From a bacterium (GTDB lineage: Bacteria > SAR324 > XYD2-FULL-50-16 > G965216635), in the NCBI GenBank assembly GCA_965216635.1, contig OZ244188.1:384001-448000 (forward strand): a stretch of 64,000 nucleotides of DNA. Reading direction: 5' to 3'. Position numbers and translations under genes: made by a program. The number at the start of each line of letters is the position of its first letter. The stretch's first letter is position 1. Of this stretch, positions 1 through 10,047 are shown in pieces. Under the pieces are notes generated by a model. The model was not told where the DNA came from. It worked only from the letters and a program-made list of their open reading frames with translations, and ran no database searches.

Positions 1-502
1 TTTTGATGTTGTACCCGATATTATGACTATGGCAAAGGCTCTGACTAATGCTGCTATTCCTATGGGTGCTACAGCTTGTAGACAGGGAATTTACGACAAA
101 ATCATTGAAAAAGGTGGGGGGGCTATTGAATTTTTTCACGGTTATACCTATTCTGGACATCCTGCTGCTTGTGCTGCGGCTATAAAAGTTTTAGAATTGT
201 TTGAAGAAGACAATGTTTCGGCTAATGTAGAATCTCTTTCTCCTTATTTTGAAGAGAAAATGCACGATTTAAAAGATTTGCCTAATATCAAAGATGTTCG
301 TGTGATTGGTATGCTGGCTGGTTTAGAGTTTAATCCAGTAGGTAAACCGGGTGCATTTGGTATGGAAGGAACGAAAAAATTATTTCAAGCGGGATTGCAC
401 GCAAAATTTACGGGAGATACAGTTACAATAGCTCCTCCGCTTGTCTCCAAGAAAGAGCATATAGATGAAATCTGTGATGTTTTTCGCTCTGCATTAGGTT
501 GA
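1..502 (+). CDS. Class III aminotransferase (omega-amino acid/taurine:pyruvate type), 5' end outside window
   Basis: PDIMTMAK (PLP lysine) and FFHGYTYSGHP motifs; sits next to tau ABC genes. Confidence 0.8.
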   Translation, partial: FDVVPDIMTMAKALTNAAIPMGATACRQGIYDKIIEKGGGAIEFFHGYTYSGHPAACAAAIKVLELFEEDNVSANVESLSPYFEEKMHDLKDLPNIKDVRVIGMLAGLEFNPVGKPGAFGMEGTKKLFQAGLHAKFTGDTVTIAPPLVSKKEHIDEICDVFRSALG

Positions 503-521
503 TGACTTTTTAGTGAAATTA

Positions 522-570
522 TTGTTTTTTAGACGATGATCTTGTTTTTTAGACGATAATCTCGTTTTTT
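522..570. repeat. 20-bp tandem repeat, about 2.5 copies, upstream of tauB
   Basis: ttgttttttagacgatgatc / ttgttttttagacgataatc / tcgtttttt. Confidence 0.85.
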
Positions 571-600
571 ATAATACTAACTTAGTAAAAGAGGTAAAAA

Positions 601-1446
601 TTGAAATTAGAAATTAAAGACGCCAGTGTTGTTTTTCCTACAAAAGCAGACGGTAGTGTTCACGCTTTAAAAAGTGTGAATTTAACCATGAAAGATAATG
701 AATTTGTGGTGGCTATTGGGGAATCTGGTTGTGGTAAGACAACGTTGCTTAATCTTATAGCTGGTTTTATTAAACCTACTTCAGGGAATTTGTTTTTGGA
801 TGATGAGGAAATTGTCCGTCCCGATTCGGATAGGGGAGTTGTTTTTCAAAAACACGCTCTTATGCCATGGTTGAATGTAGTGGAGAATGCTACTTTTGGG
901 TTAAAACTTAATAAAGGAAAGAGCTCACTCCTACCTTGGATGAATGTAGTAGATAACACTACTTTAGGTATGAAAATGAAAAAGAGTGTTTCTGATGAAG
1001 AAAGAATAAAAATAGGTTTAGAAAAACTAGCCCTTGTAGGCTTGCAAGACTTCGCCTATAAGAAAATTTATGAGCTTTCTGGGGGAATGCAACAAAGGGT
1101 AGGAATCGCAAGGGCTGTTTGTTCGGATCCGAAAATTTTGCTGATGGATGAGCCATTAGGAGCATTGGATCAATTCACAAGAGAAAGTGTTCAAGAGCTG
1201 ATTCTACAGGTTTGGAAAAAAACACAAAAACTTGTATTCTTCATAACGCATAGCATAGAAGAAGCTATTTTTATGGCTACAAGGCTTTTGGTTCTCTCTC
1301 CGAGACCTGGTAGAATAGTGGAAGAATTGAAGATGGATTTTTGCCATCGCTATTTGGAATGTAAAGACGCTCGTAAAGTAAAATCTTCTACGGATTTTAT
1401 TGAAATGAGAGAAAAAATATTACAATTAATTATGAAAACGAGGTAA
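601..1446 (+). CDS. tauB: Taurine/sulfonate ABC transporter ATP-binding protein
   Basis: GESGCGKT, LSGGMQQR, LMDEP and ITH motifs; operon context. Confidence 0.85.
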   Translation: MKLEIKDASVVFPTKADGSVHALKSVNLTMKDNEFVVAIGESGCGKTTLLNLIAGFIKPTSGNLFLDDEEIVRPDSDRGVVFQKHALMPWLNVVENATFGLKLNKGKSSLLPWMNVVDNTTLGMKMKKSVSDEERIKIGLEKLALVGLQDFAYKKIYELSGGMQQRVGIARAVCSDPKILLMDEPLGALDQFTRESVQELILQVWKKTQKLVFFITHSIEEAIFMATRLLVLSPRPGRIVEELKMDFCHRYLECKDARKVKSSTDFIEMREKILQLIMKTR

Positions 1447-1448
1447 TC

Positions 1449-2273
1449 ATGGGTATATTTAAAAGAAAAAGTAAGATAGTTTCCTCTTATGGGGTACCTG
1501 GGGATGGAGATAGTCTGTTTTTGAATATTGCGATTGTTGTTGTTTTGTTGACTCTTTGGGAAGTAGTTACATCTACGGGATTCATCAAACCACTTTTTTT
1601 GCCAGCTCCTGAAACGATCTTCTATAAGTTTATAGATCTAACTTTTCGTGGAGAAGAATACGCAGAAGGAACGATTATTACTCATACTTTGATAAGTCTT
1701 TATAGAGTAGGAGTAGCCCTTTTCTTTGGGTTGATACTGGGAATTCCTACAGGACTTATGATGGGGGTTAACCGTTATTTTAGAGGAGTTTGGGATCCAC
1801 CGATAGAATTTTATCGAGCTATTCCACCTTTGGCTTATATACCTTTAACTGTGCTTTGGTTCGGAATTGAAGATTTTCAAAAAATTCTAGTGATTTTTTT
1901 GGCGGTTTTCGCTCCTCTAGTGATCAATACAAAGGCTGGGGTGAAATCTGTTTCTATAGAGCAAATTCACGCTGCTTATAGTATGGGGGCTACAAAATTT
2001 CAAGTATTGACTCAAGTGATTTTTAAAGGAGCTATGCCAGAAATCATTACAGGGGTTAGAATTGCAATCGGTTTTGGTTGGACAACCTTGGTGGCTGCAG
2101 AACTGGTAGCAGCAAGAACAGGTTTAGGGCAGATGATTCTTAGTGCGTCCGATTTTTTAGCAACCGATGTGGTTATTGTAGGTATTGTAGTGATTGGAAT
2201 CATTGCCTATGGATTAGATATTTTAATAAGACATTTAGAAAAAGTTTTAGTGCCCTGGAGAGGTAGGGTCTAA
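1449..2273 (+). CDS. tauC: Taurine ABC transporter permease
   Basis: IPPLAYIPL, EAA-like loop, WTTLVAAE, C-terminal PWRG. Confidence 0.85.
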   Translation: MGIFKRKSKIVSSYGVPGDGDSLFLNIAIVVVLLTLWEVVTSTGFIKPLFLPAPETIFYKFIDLTFRGEEYAEGTIITHTLISLYRVGVALFFGLILGIPTGLMMGVNRYFRGVWDPPIEFYRAIPPLAYIPLTVLWFGIEDFQKILVIFLAVFAPLVINTKAGVKSVSIEQIHAAYSMGATKFQVLTQVIFKGAMPEIITGVRIAIGFGWTTLVAAELVAARTGLGQMILSASDFLATDVVIVGIVVIGIIAYGLDILIRHLEKVLVPWRGRV

Positions 2274-2335
2274 AATAAATCTTGAATTTGTATTTTTTTT
2301 GGTATAGTTCAAGGTAGTAGTTGTTTTGCATAAGA

Positions 2336-2587
2336 TAGACTTTTGAATTTACATTCTGTTTAGCCTATGCAGCGTTGAAAAAAATTTTTAACTCTTGAAA
2401 TACTTTTCTTTTGCTATCTATTTCATAAGGGTTATAGTAAAAGAGCCACGGGCTCTTTTACATTTCTTTTTGGGATTATGCAAGTTTTGTAGTGCCTGGT
2501 CCCGTTATTGTGGCACTACGATATTCCACGAGCTAAAAATTTTTTTCGCCTTGCCTAGCCGTCACATAATGCAAATTCAAAGGTCTA
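2336..2587. mobile_element. MITE-like element copy (252 bp), target-site duplication taaga
   Basis: Terminal inverted repeats tagacttttgaattt / aaattcaaaggtcta; taaga at 2331-2335 and 2588-2592. Confidence 0.85.
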
Positions 2588-2607
2588 TAAGAACAACTTT
2601 TTAATTA

Positions 2608-2638
2608 GATTGGTTTTTTTATTTTTAAAAAACCAATC
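2608..2638. promoter_or_regulatory. 12-bp inverted repeat upstream of tauA (operator or hairpin)
   Basis: gattggtttttt ... aaaaaaccaatc. Confidence 0.4.
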
Positions 2639-2666
2639 ATCATTTTAATCTTTCAATTTCAAAATT

Positions 2667-3668
2667 ATGAGAAAATGGTTAATACAAAGTCTGTTTATTA
2701 CAACAGCTTTGGTTATAGGTACTGGAAGTGCTTTGGCAGAAAAAGTATCTTTGGGTTATCAACCTATTGTTGGTCCCCTTTTAAATGTTATAGCTGAAAA
2801 AAAGCTTGAAAAAGCTACTGGCTACAAAATTAAATGGGTCAAATCTCCATCAGGAGGAGATGCTATTAGAACACTAGCTTCAGGTTCTGTAAAAATTGCT
2901 GTAGCTGGTTCTAGTCCTGCAGCTGCTGGTATTAGTAGAGGGTTAGACATTGAGTTGTTTTACATCCTAGATGATATTGGAGCCGCAGAAGCATTAGTTG
3001 CTAGAAATGGTTCTGGTGTAAATAGCGTTAAGGATTTGGTAGGAAAGAAAGTAGGAGTGCCTTTTGTCTCTACTACTCATTTCCATCTTTTGTTCGCTTT
3101 AGAACTAAACAGAGTAAATCCTAAAGATGTGGAAATCTTAAACATTCAGCCCCCAGCGATTGCTGCTGCTTGGGCAAGGGGTGATATAGATGCCGCTTTT
3201 GTTTGGGATCCAGCTTTGGGTACAATTCAGAAAACTGGAAAAACATTAGTTACTTCTGGTGAATTGAGTGCTAAAGGTAAGGCTACTTTTGATGGTATTT
3301 TAGTGAATAAAAGCTGGGGAGCGAATAATAAAGACTTCGTGGTTGCTTTCATTAAAGTATTAGATGCGGAAAATAAAGCTTATTTGGCTAACCCTAGTGC
3401 TTGGTCTGCAGAGTCTAAAGTAGCAAAAAATATAGCTAGATTATCTGGTGCTAAGCCATCAGAGGTTCCAGTAGTGTTAAAAAAGCTTCGTTTCTTAACC
3501 GTAAAAGAGCAACTCTCTAAAAAATGGTTAGGTGGAGGTAAAAGAGGTGGTGTTGCGAAAGCATTACTTGAAACTTCTAAATTCTTGAAAAAAGAAGGAA
3601 AGATTGATGCAGTATTGTCTGATTATGGTAAAACTGTAAATAGGAATTACGCTAAAGCAGCGAAATAA
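2667..3668 (+). CDS. tauA: Taurine ABC transporter substrate-binding protein
   Basis: Signal peptide; GSSP, PFVSTTH and AWARGDIDAAFVWDP motifs. Confidence 0.85.
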   Translation: MRKWLIQSLFITTALVIGTGSALAEKVSLGYQPIVGPLLNVIAEKKLEKATGYKIKWVKSPSGGDAIRTLASGSVKIAVAGSSPAAAGISRGLDIELFYILDDIGAAEALVARNGSGVNSVKDLVGKKVGVPFVSTTHFHLLFALELNRVNPKDVEILNIQPPAIAAAWARGDIDAAFVWDPALGTIQKTGKTLVTSGELSAKGKATFDGILVNKSWGANNKDFVVAFIKVLDAENKAYLANPSAWSAESKVAKNIARLSGAKPSEVPVVLKKLRFLTVKEQLSKKWLGGGKRGGVAKALLETSKFLKKEGKIDAVLSDYGKTVNRNYAKAAK

Positions 3669-3678
3669 TACTTTTAAG

Positions 3679-3732
3679 GGGACTTTTGAATTTAGTGGAC
3701 GAGGGTAATAGGTTCAATAATTCAAAAGTTTC
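3679..3732. mobile_element. Minimal 54-bp member of the MITE family
   Basis: gggacttttgaatt ... aattcaaaagtttc; flanks ttaag/tttag (4/5 match). Confidence 0.5.
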
Positions 3733-3759
3733 TTTAGCTTTCTAATTTTTTCTTTAAGG

Positions 3760-3794
3760 AGGCTATATCTTTAGAAAGATATAGCCTTTTTTTT
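3760..3794 (+). terminator. Rho-independent terminator after tauA
   Basis: aggctatatctt-taga-aagatatagcct followed by a T run. Confidence 0.8.
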
Positions 3795-3810
3795 ATACCT
3801 TTTTAAGTCA

Positions 3811-4326
3811 ATGTCTCAATACATAATTTCTTTAGAAGATCTACCAGAGAATGAAATTCAAAGAGTTTTAGATGCTATTTTTTTGCTACGAGGAATCAAG
3901 AAAATAGAAAAAATGGAAGATGATTTTTCTGCAGATTTATCTCACGATTTGAAAACAGAAACTCCCTCTCCAAATTTTGTCTCTCCTCAAGGTATCCCTC
4001 CCCAGTCTCCAAATTTTGTCTCTCCTCAAAATATTTCTCCCCAGTCTTCAAATTTTGTCTCTCCTCAAAATATTTCTCCCCAGAATCAACCATTCACGGC
4101 ACAAGAAAGGGCAGCAAGAGAAAGTTCAGCTCAACAAGATATCTCACCAGAGCAAGCAAACAGTCAGAGAAAAATTATTTCTGAAGCATTAAGGTGGGGA
4201 ATTCATAATAAAAAAATCACAATAGAAGAAATTAGAAATGTATCTCCTCAAGAAACAGTAGTCATAGCACAAAAAATAATAGAAAATATGCCTGATAATG
4301 AGAGAAAAAGACTTTTAGCATATTAA
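3811..4326 (+). CDS. Hypothetical protein with three 13-aa repeats (SPNFVSPQNISPQ)
   Basis: 171-aa ORF; 39-bp in-frame tandem repeat at about 3967-4083. Confidence 0.7.
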   Translation: MSQYIISLEDLPENEIQRVLDAIFLLRGIKKIEKMEDDFSADLSHDLKTETPSPNFVSPQGIPPQSPNFVSPQNISPQSSNFVSPQNISPQNQPFTAQERAARESSAQQDISPEQANSQRKIISEALRWGIHNKKITIEEIRNVSPQETVVIAQKIIENMPDNERKRLLAY

Positions 4327-4329
4327 TCA

Positions 4330-5127
4330 ATGAAGTGGAAAATTATTTTTTTTGATTTAGATGGCACATTAGTGGATCATAATTTTTTGTTATCTCCTCG
4401 GATTATATCCGCTGTTAAAAAAATTCAAAAACTAGGACTGCGTATTTCTATTGCTACAGGCCGTAGTCAAGATAGTGCAAAAAAATTCTTAGAGCTGCTC
4501 CAAATCCGAGAAAAAGTGGTGGTGCATAACGGCTCTGTTGTCCTTAACTACGATAAAACATTTAAAATATTAGAGGTGATAGAAAAAGAGTTTATTACCC
4601 ATTTAATTCAATCCCACAAAAAACAAGATTTATCTTTTAAGATTCACTTTGCAGATTCTAGAGTTATCAAATCTAATTTCAAGCGATGGCCAGGAGAAGG
4701 TGAGCATTTTATAGAAGGAGAAGTAGTTCAAAATTTTGAAAATCTAGATTTTTCTGGAGTAGTAAAAATTGTTTTTTTTGAATCTGCTGAAAAAATTCAG
4801 CAGCTCCAAAATAGTTTACTGAGAGACTTTAAAGTAAAATTTCTACGCACTCATTTGAATCACATAGAGATTTTGCATTCCGATATTAGTAAAAGTAGAG
4901 GTATTTTTCATATTGCAAAAGAAGACGGTTTAGATCTATCGGAAATAATAGCTGTAGGAGATCAAGACAATGATTATGAAATGATTAGAGACGCTGGAAT
5001 GGGAATTGTAGTCGGAAAAGAGAGCAAAAAACTAGCCCAAGTGAGTGATTTCAAACTACCAGCCTTATTTGATGGAGGAATGGAGCAACTGCTAAAATTT
5101 TTAGAAACAAAAATGAAAGCAGTCTAA
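4330..5127 (+). CDS. Cof-type HAD-IIB hydrolase
   Basis: DLDGTL, ATGR and GDQDND motifs. Confidence 0.9.
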   Translation: MKWKIIFFDLDGTLVDHNFLLSPRIISAVKKIQKLGLRISIATGRSQDSAKKFLELLQIREKVVVHNGSVVLNYDKTFKILEVIEKEFITHLIQSHKKQDLSFKIHFADSRVIKSNFKRWPGEGEHFIEGEVVQNFENLDFSGVVKIVFFESAEKIQQLQNSLLRDFKVKFLRTHLNHIEILHSDISKSRGIFHIAKEDGLDLSEIIAVGDQDNDYEMIRDAGMGIVVGKESKKLAQVSDFKLPALFDGGMEQLLKFLETKMKAV

Positions 5128-5134
5128 ACTTGTC

Positions 5135-7603
5135 TCAAAGTTTCTCTTCGGGTAGACTTTCCAATTCTAATAAAGAGCTTTTTTTCAATACATTGGAAAT
5201 TTCTTTTTCTTTATCCTCGCCTGTAATATCACTATCGTTTACTATTTGTGGCATACGCAATAAGACAATTTTTAAAACAGTCCAGATAGTTTCAACGAGG
5301 TGAATTTTCATTCCTTCAAGAATTTTTTCAGGTATTTCTTCTAAGTGTTTTTGGTTTCCAATAGGAACAACCACTTCGCGAATACCACTCCTTTTAGCGG
5401 CTAACAGTTTTTCCTTTAAACCTCCTATTTCTAAAACCCTGCCGTGTAGTGAAATTTCTCCAGTCATTGCAATATTGTGACGGATAGGAATACCAGTTAA
5501 GTTGGAAACTAAAGCAGAAGTTAGAGTGATTCCAGCTGAAGGTCCATCTTTGGGGATGGCTCCTTCTGGAACATGTACATGGATATCCAATCCTTGAAAA
5601 ATATCGGAATAAATTCCTAAATTATTTGCGTTGGTTTTGACAAAACTCAAAGCAGCTTTAGCAGATTCCTGCATTACTTCTCCTAGTTTTCCCGTCAGAT
5701 AGATATTAGCTTTTCCTTTCATACAGGATACTTCTATGTCTAATAAATCTCCACCGTAAACAGTCCAAGCCAATCCAGTAGCTACTCCTACCAAACTTTT
5801 TAGATTCTTTTTACCAAATTGATATTTATCTACTCCTAGAAATTCGCGCACTTTTTTAGAATTGACTACAACCTTATCTTTAATTTGTTTTTCTTCAATG
5901 ATATTTTTTACAATTTTTCTACATATCTTTGCCAAGCATCTTTCCAATTCCCGAATCCCAGCTTCTTTTGTGTATTTTTGGATAATTTCTAAGATAGCAT
6001 TTTTTTCAAAAGACACTTGTTTTTTATTTAGTCCGCTTTCTTTTAATTGTCTCATCAGCAGGTGTTTTTGGAAAATCTGTTTTTTCTCTAGCTCTGTATA
6101 CCCACTTAAATGAATCACTTCCATTCTATCCTGTAAGGGCAATGGAATGTTTTGAATATCGTTTGCAGTGCACAAAAAAAGCACTTCGGATAAATCGTAT
6201 TCTAAATCTAGATAGTGATCCATGAAACTATTGTTTTGTTCAGGGTCTAATACTTCCAATAAAGCAGCAGCAGGATCTCCCATATAATTTGTACTCATTT
6301 TATCTACCTCGTCTAAAAGGATTAAAGGGTTTTTGGTTCCTGTTTTTTTCATTGTTTGAATAATTTTTCCCGGCATAGCTCCTATGTAAGTGCGACGGTG
6401 TCCTCTAATTTCTGCTTCATCTCTGATTCCTCCTAAACTAATACGAGCAAATTTTCTATTGAGAGTCTCAGCTACTGCTTTTGCTAAAGAGCTCTTCCCA
6501 ACTCCCGGTGGACCCACGAGACACAGTAGGGGACCTCTTAATTTACCAACCATTTTAGTGACTGCAACAAATTCTATAATTCTTTCTTTTACCTTCTCTA
6601 AACCATAATGACGAAGATTAAGTATTTTTTCTGCATTCTTTAAGTTGTAAGTATCTTTTGTTTTTGCGTGCCATGGAATTTGAAGTATCCACTCAACATA
6701 GTTTCTGACAATATTAGATTCTGCAGAAAAAGGGTGTATTGAAGCTATTTTTTTCAATTCCTCATCTACCACTTCCTGAACTTTTTTAGGAAGCTGAGCT
6801 TCTTTAATTTTCTTTTTATACTTATCCATTTCATTTTTGTCTTCTTCCCCCAGCTCTTTTTTGATTGCCTTCATTTGCTCGTTCAAATAATGCTCTTTGT
6901 GGTTTTTATTAACTTGGTTTTGCATTCTCTCCTTGATCTTAAAATCAATGTTATGATTTTCTTCTTCTTTTGCTAAACAATCAAAAACAGTCTCCAATCT
7001 TTTGCGAACATTCAATTCTGCTAGCATTTCTTGTCTTTTCTCAAAATCTATATTTAGGATAGAAATTAAAAAATCACAAAAATGAGAAGGTTGTGTTTTT
7101 AATTTTTCTAAAAGCTCCAAAATTTCTCTAGTTTTTGTTTTTCTACCTAAGTATTGGGGTAAGTGTTGCAAAATACCTCGCCTCAATTCTTTACTCTTAG
7201 CGTCCATTTTTTCTATGGAGTTCAAAATTTTGATTTCTGCTTGAAAAGAGCCTTTTTGGTTTGTAAAATTAGATAATTTTACTCTTTCACTGGCTTCAAA
7301 CAAAACTTTAATATTGCCATTAGGTAGTCTCATCACTTGCAGAATTTTTCCTAAAGTTCCGATCTGATAAATATCTTTTGATGTAGGTTTTTCTATATTG
7401 GATGTCTTTTGGGCTACAACAACCAATAGACTATTGGTGGATAAACTTTTCTCTACGGTCTTCAGTGTAGTTGAGCGTCCTATAAAAAGAGGCATAGTCA
7501 TATCTGGGAAAACAATTATATTTCTCAAAGGAACTACTGGGTAAATAGATTTTTTAGTGCCTAGTAGTTTTTTTATAATCAATCCTTTTTTTCTGTTTTT
7601 CAT
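5135..7603 (-). CDS. lon: ATP-dependent Lon protease
   Basis: [22 protein letters not shown] and PKDGPSAG motifs. Confidence 0.97.
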   Translation of the reverse strand: MKNRKKGLIIKKLLGTKKSIYPVVPLRNIIVFPDMTMPLFIGRSTTLKTVEKSLSTNSLLVVVAQKTSNIEKPTSKDIYQIGTLGKILQVMRLPNGNIKVLFEASERVKLSNFTNQKGSFQAEIKILNSIEKMDAKSKELRRGILQHLPQYLGRKTKTREILELLEKLKTQPSHFCDFLISILNIDFEKRQEMLAELNVRKRLETVFDCLAKEEENHNIDFKIKERMQNQVNKNHKEHYLNEQMKAIKKELGEEDKNEMDKYKKKIKEAQLPKKVQEVVDEELKKIASIHPFSAESNIVRNYVEWILQIPWHAKTKDTYNLKNAEKILNLRHYGLEKVKERIIEFVAVTKMVGKLRGPLLCLVGPPGVGKSSLAKAVAETLNRKFARISLGGIRDEAEIRGHRRTYIGAMPGKIIQTMKKTGTKNPLILLDEVDKMSTNYMGDPAAALLEVLDPEQNNSFMDHYLDLEYDLSEVLFLCTANDIQNIPLPLQDRMEVIHLSGYTELEKKQIFQKHLLMRQLKESGLNKKQVSFEKNAILEIIQKYTKEAGIRELERCLAKICRKIVKNIIEEKQIKDKVVVNSKKVREFLGVDKYQFGKKNLKSLVGVATGLAWTVYGGDLLDIEVSCMKGKANIYLTGKLGEVMQESAKAALSFVKTNANNLGIYSDIFQGLDIHVHVPEGAIPKDGPSAGITLTSALVSNLTGIPIRHNIAMTGEISLHGRVLEIGGLKEKLLAAKRSGIREVVVPIGNQKHLEEIPEKILEGMKIHLVETIWTVLKIVLLRMPQIVNDSDITGEDKEKEISNVLKKSSLLELESLPEEKL

Positions 7604-7634
7604 AGTTTATTTTAGTAGGTTAGTTGTTTGTAAT

Positions 7635-7790
7635 AGGACTATTGAATTAGACATTCTAGTTCGGCTATACGCTGTTTTAAAAAAATTTTTAACTCTTGCC
7701 ATTTTGTGAAAAAATGCTTATGTATAACAGCGAGCTAAATTTTTTTTTTGTCTTGTCTAGCCTTACTATAATGCCTAATTCAATAGTCTT
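7635..7790. mobile_element. MITE-like element copy (variant subfamily)
   Basis: aggactattgaattagacatt ... aatgcctaattcaatagtctt; flanks gtaat/ataat. Confidence 0.75.
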
Positions 7791-7826
7791 ATAATAAGTA
7801 TAAGCGAAAAATAGGAAAAAGTCTAA

Positions 7827-7901
7827 TAAAAAAACTTGAAATTTCAGATAATAGGCTATAGATTAAAAAAACTTGAAATTTCAGATAGTAGGCTATAGAG
7901 T
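7827..7901 (+). promoter_or_regulatory. Duplicated (37-bp period) sigma70-like promoter of tRNA-Leu
   Basis: TTGAAA(7873)-17 bp-TAGAGT(7896), 8 nt before the tRNA; second copy TTGAAA at 7836. Confidence 0.6.
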
Positions 7902-7909
7902 AAAGAAAT

Positions 7910-7996
7910 GCCCGAGTGGCGGAATTTGGTAGACGCACAAGACTTAAAATCTTGCGTCCATTTATGGATGTGCCAGTTCAAGTCTGGCCTCGGGCA
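7910..7996 (+). tRNA. tRNA-Leu(TAA), CCA not encoded
   Basis: Acceptor gcccgag/ctcgggc; anticodon arm caaga-cTTAAaa-tcttg; long variable arm; GTTCAAG T-loop. Confidence 0.95.
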
Positions 7997-8036
7997 TTTC
8001 TTTTGTGAGTAGTCGTTATTTGTATTTTCTTCTACA

Positions 8037-8127
8037 TAGCTTTGAATTAGCGTTCTGTTTAGCCAAAGCAATCGCTAATTTTTTTCAACGTTGCATAGGC
8101 TAAACAGAATGCAAATTCAAAAGTCTA
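8037..8127. mobile_element. Short, near-palindromic MITE-like copy
   Basis: tagctttgaattagcgttctgtttagcc ... ggctaaacagaatgcaaattcaaaagtcta; no clear target-site duplication. Confidence 0.7.
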
Positions 8128-8306
8128 TATTATGAACCTAATATCATAATGGGTCTTATAATTATTTTAATTTCACTTTGGATGTTGCTTTATATTACTG
8201 TTTTTGATAAAGATTAAATTTATGGGAATTTCACCCTTAAAGACCCCTTAAAAACTAAGTTAAGTCTTGTAAAAAATTTTTTCTAATTAATTTTCAGATA
8301 ACAGAG

Positions 8307-9269
8307 CTAAGTAATAAATTCGCCACTAAAAACCTCTACAGGTTCTCCAGTTAGTAGGACATTGCTTTGTTCTTGTTTCCGATCTTCTTGTTGCTGTTTT
8401 TCTTGTTTCCATTCTATTTGTAAATCGCCTCCAAGCAGATGAATGAGTATTTTATTTTCTGTTTTTTTGCTTAAAAAACCAGCTACACAAACCGCACAGG
8501 CTCCGCTTCCGCAAGCCCAAGTTTCACCGCTGCCTCTTTCCCACGTTCTTTGCCTGACTTCTTTGGAATTTATTTTTTGAACGAATTCTATATTTATTCC
8601 TTGAGGAAATAAAGCATTTCTTTCTATCTCAGCTCCCCAATCTTTGAGTGGTATTTTATCAATATCTTCGCAAAAAATAACTAGATGCGGATTATTGAAA
8701 GATACAAGTGTGCCTTTAAAGTGCTGCATTTTAGATTTTATTGCCAAAGATTCTTTAAAAAAATGGGAAAAATCGTGTTCTATCCAAGTCCGTTGCTTTT
8801 TTATCTGTCGTTTTTTGAGTAGCCCTGGATTAACAAAGTCTTTCATTTCTAAATCGGGAGCCCCGATCTGCACGGTGACCTTTTTTATTTTTTGCACTTT
8901 ATCAAACCATAGTTTTACGGGGTAGCTAGAATTTCCTAATTCTATAGAAAATTCTGATTTTTTTTCTATGCCTCTTTCATAAAGAAGTTTAGCAACAGAG
9001 CAGATTGCATTACCGCACATAGCAGATTCGCTACCGTCTGCATTAAACATTCTCATTTTGATTTTTGTCTGGTTTCCTTTGGCGAGTAATACTAAACCAT
9101 CGCTGCCTACACCGTATTTTGGATGACTGATTTTGACAGCAAGCTGGGCTAAATATTTGGGGGATAAGTATTCGGAGGTTAAAGTATTTTTTGCGTATAA
9201 TGGATCAGTAAATAAATATACATAATGATTTCCAGCACTGTGTATTTTAGTAAATTTTATTTTACTCAT
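8307..9269 (-). CDS. dapF: Diaminopimelate epimerase
   Basis: NADGSESAMCGN, NPH and ERGSGETWACGSG motifs. Confidence 0.95.
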   Translation of the reverse strand: MSKIKFTKIHSAGNHYVYLFTDPLYAKNTLTSEYLSPKYLAQLAVKISHPKYGVGSDGLVLLAKGNQTKIKMRMFNADGSESAMCGNAICSVAKLLYERGIEKKSEFSIELGNSSYPVKLWFDKVQKIKKVTVQIGAPDLEMKDFVNPGLLKKRQIKKQRTWIEHDFSHFFKESLAIKSKMQHFKGTLVSFNNPHLVIFCEDIDKIPLKDWGAEIERNALFPQGINIEFVQKINSKEVRQRTWERGSGETWACGSGACAVCVAGFLSKKTENKILIHLLGGDLQIEWKQEKQQQEDRKQEQSNVLLTGEPVEVFSGEFIT

Positions 9270-9308
9270 TTTTTTTATTTATTTTCTTAATTAGATGAGA
9301 CCTTTGAA

Positions 9309-10007
9309 TTAGGCTATTGTTTCTGCAATTAAATTCTGATTAGCATAAACAGACCAGTTTTTTCTATCGTCAGGATATTCTAGAGCTTTACGAAGATCCT
9401 TTTGAAAATTCTTTTTAGAAATCAGTTTTGCTCCAAGGGATTCCATGTGTGAGGTATAAACTTGGCAGTCAATCCAGTGATATTTTTGTTTTTTAAGTAA
9501 CAAAGAGAGAAAAATAAAAGCTATTTTTGAACTATTCTCTAAACTAAACATAGACTCTCCGCAGAAAATTTTTCCTATTGCTAAACCATAAAGTCCACTC
9601 ACCAATTTCCCTGCTTGGTGAATTTCTACCGAGTGGGCGTATCCCATTTGGTGCAGTTTATTATAGGCTTTTTTCATACCCGCTGTAATCCAGCTACCGG
9701 TTTGATTTTTTCTATTCACAGTGGTGCAGTATTGAATAACATCAGAAAAGTTTTCATCTATTTTCACAGAGTAGTTTTCTTTTTTTAGTGTCCGTAAAAG
9801 ACTTGCAGAAATTTTTACATTCTCTGGACGGACTACCATTCTTTTGTTGGGAGCCCACCACAGAACACAATTATCATCTTCAAACCAAGGAAAAATTCCA
9901 GATCTATAGGCTTGCAAAATTCTACGAGGAGATAAACTGCCTCCCACAGCAACAATTTCGGTTTTTATTTTTTCCACATCTGGAAAGATAAAATCTTTTT
10001 GTTCCAT
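9309..10007 (-). CDS. aat: Leucyl/phenylalanyl-tRNA--protein transferase
   Basis: AYRSGIFPW, AHSVE, GESMFS and IDCQ motifs. Confidence 0.93.
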   Translation of the reverse strand: MEQKDFIFPDVEKIKTEIVAVGGSLSPRRILQAYRSGIFPWFEDDNCVLWWAPNKRMVVRPENVKISASLLRTLKKENYSVKIDENFSDVIQYCTTVNRKNQTGSWITAGMKKAYNKLHQMGYAHSVEIHQAGKLVSGLYGLAIGKIFCGESMFSLENSSKIAFIFLSLLLKKQKYHWIDCQVYTSHMESLGAKLISKKNFQKDLRKALEYPDDRKNWSVYANQNLIAETIA

Positions 10008-10047
10008 ATTTTTAAACTTGAGCTACGAATATAGGCTAAACAGAACT

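Noticed and set aside
2395..2604. 69-aa ORF
   Set aside because: It lies almost entirely inside a MITE copy.
7910..7996. tRNA-Leu as an island integration site
   Set aside because: No duplicated tRNA 3' end or integrase was noticed; flanking genes are housekeeping.
7856..8071. 71-aa minus-strand ORF
   Set aside because: It is antisense to tRNA-Leu.
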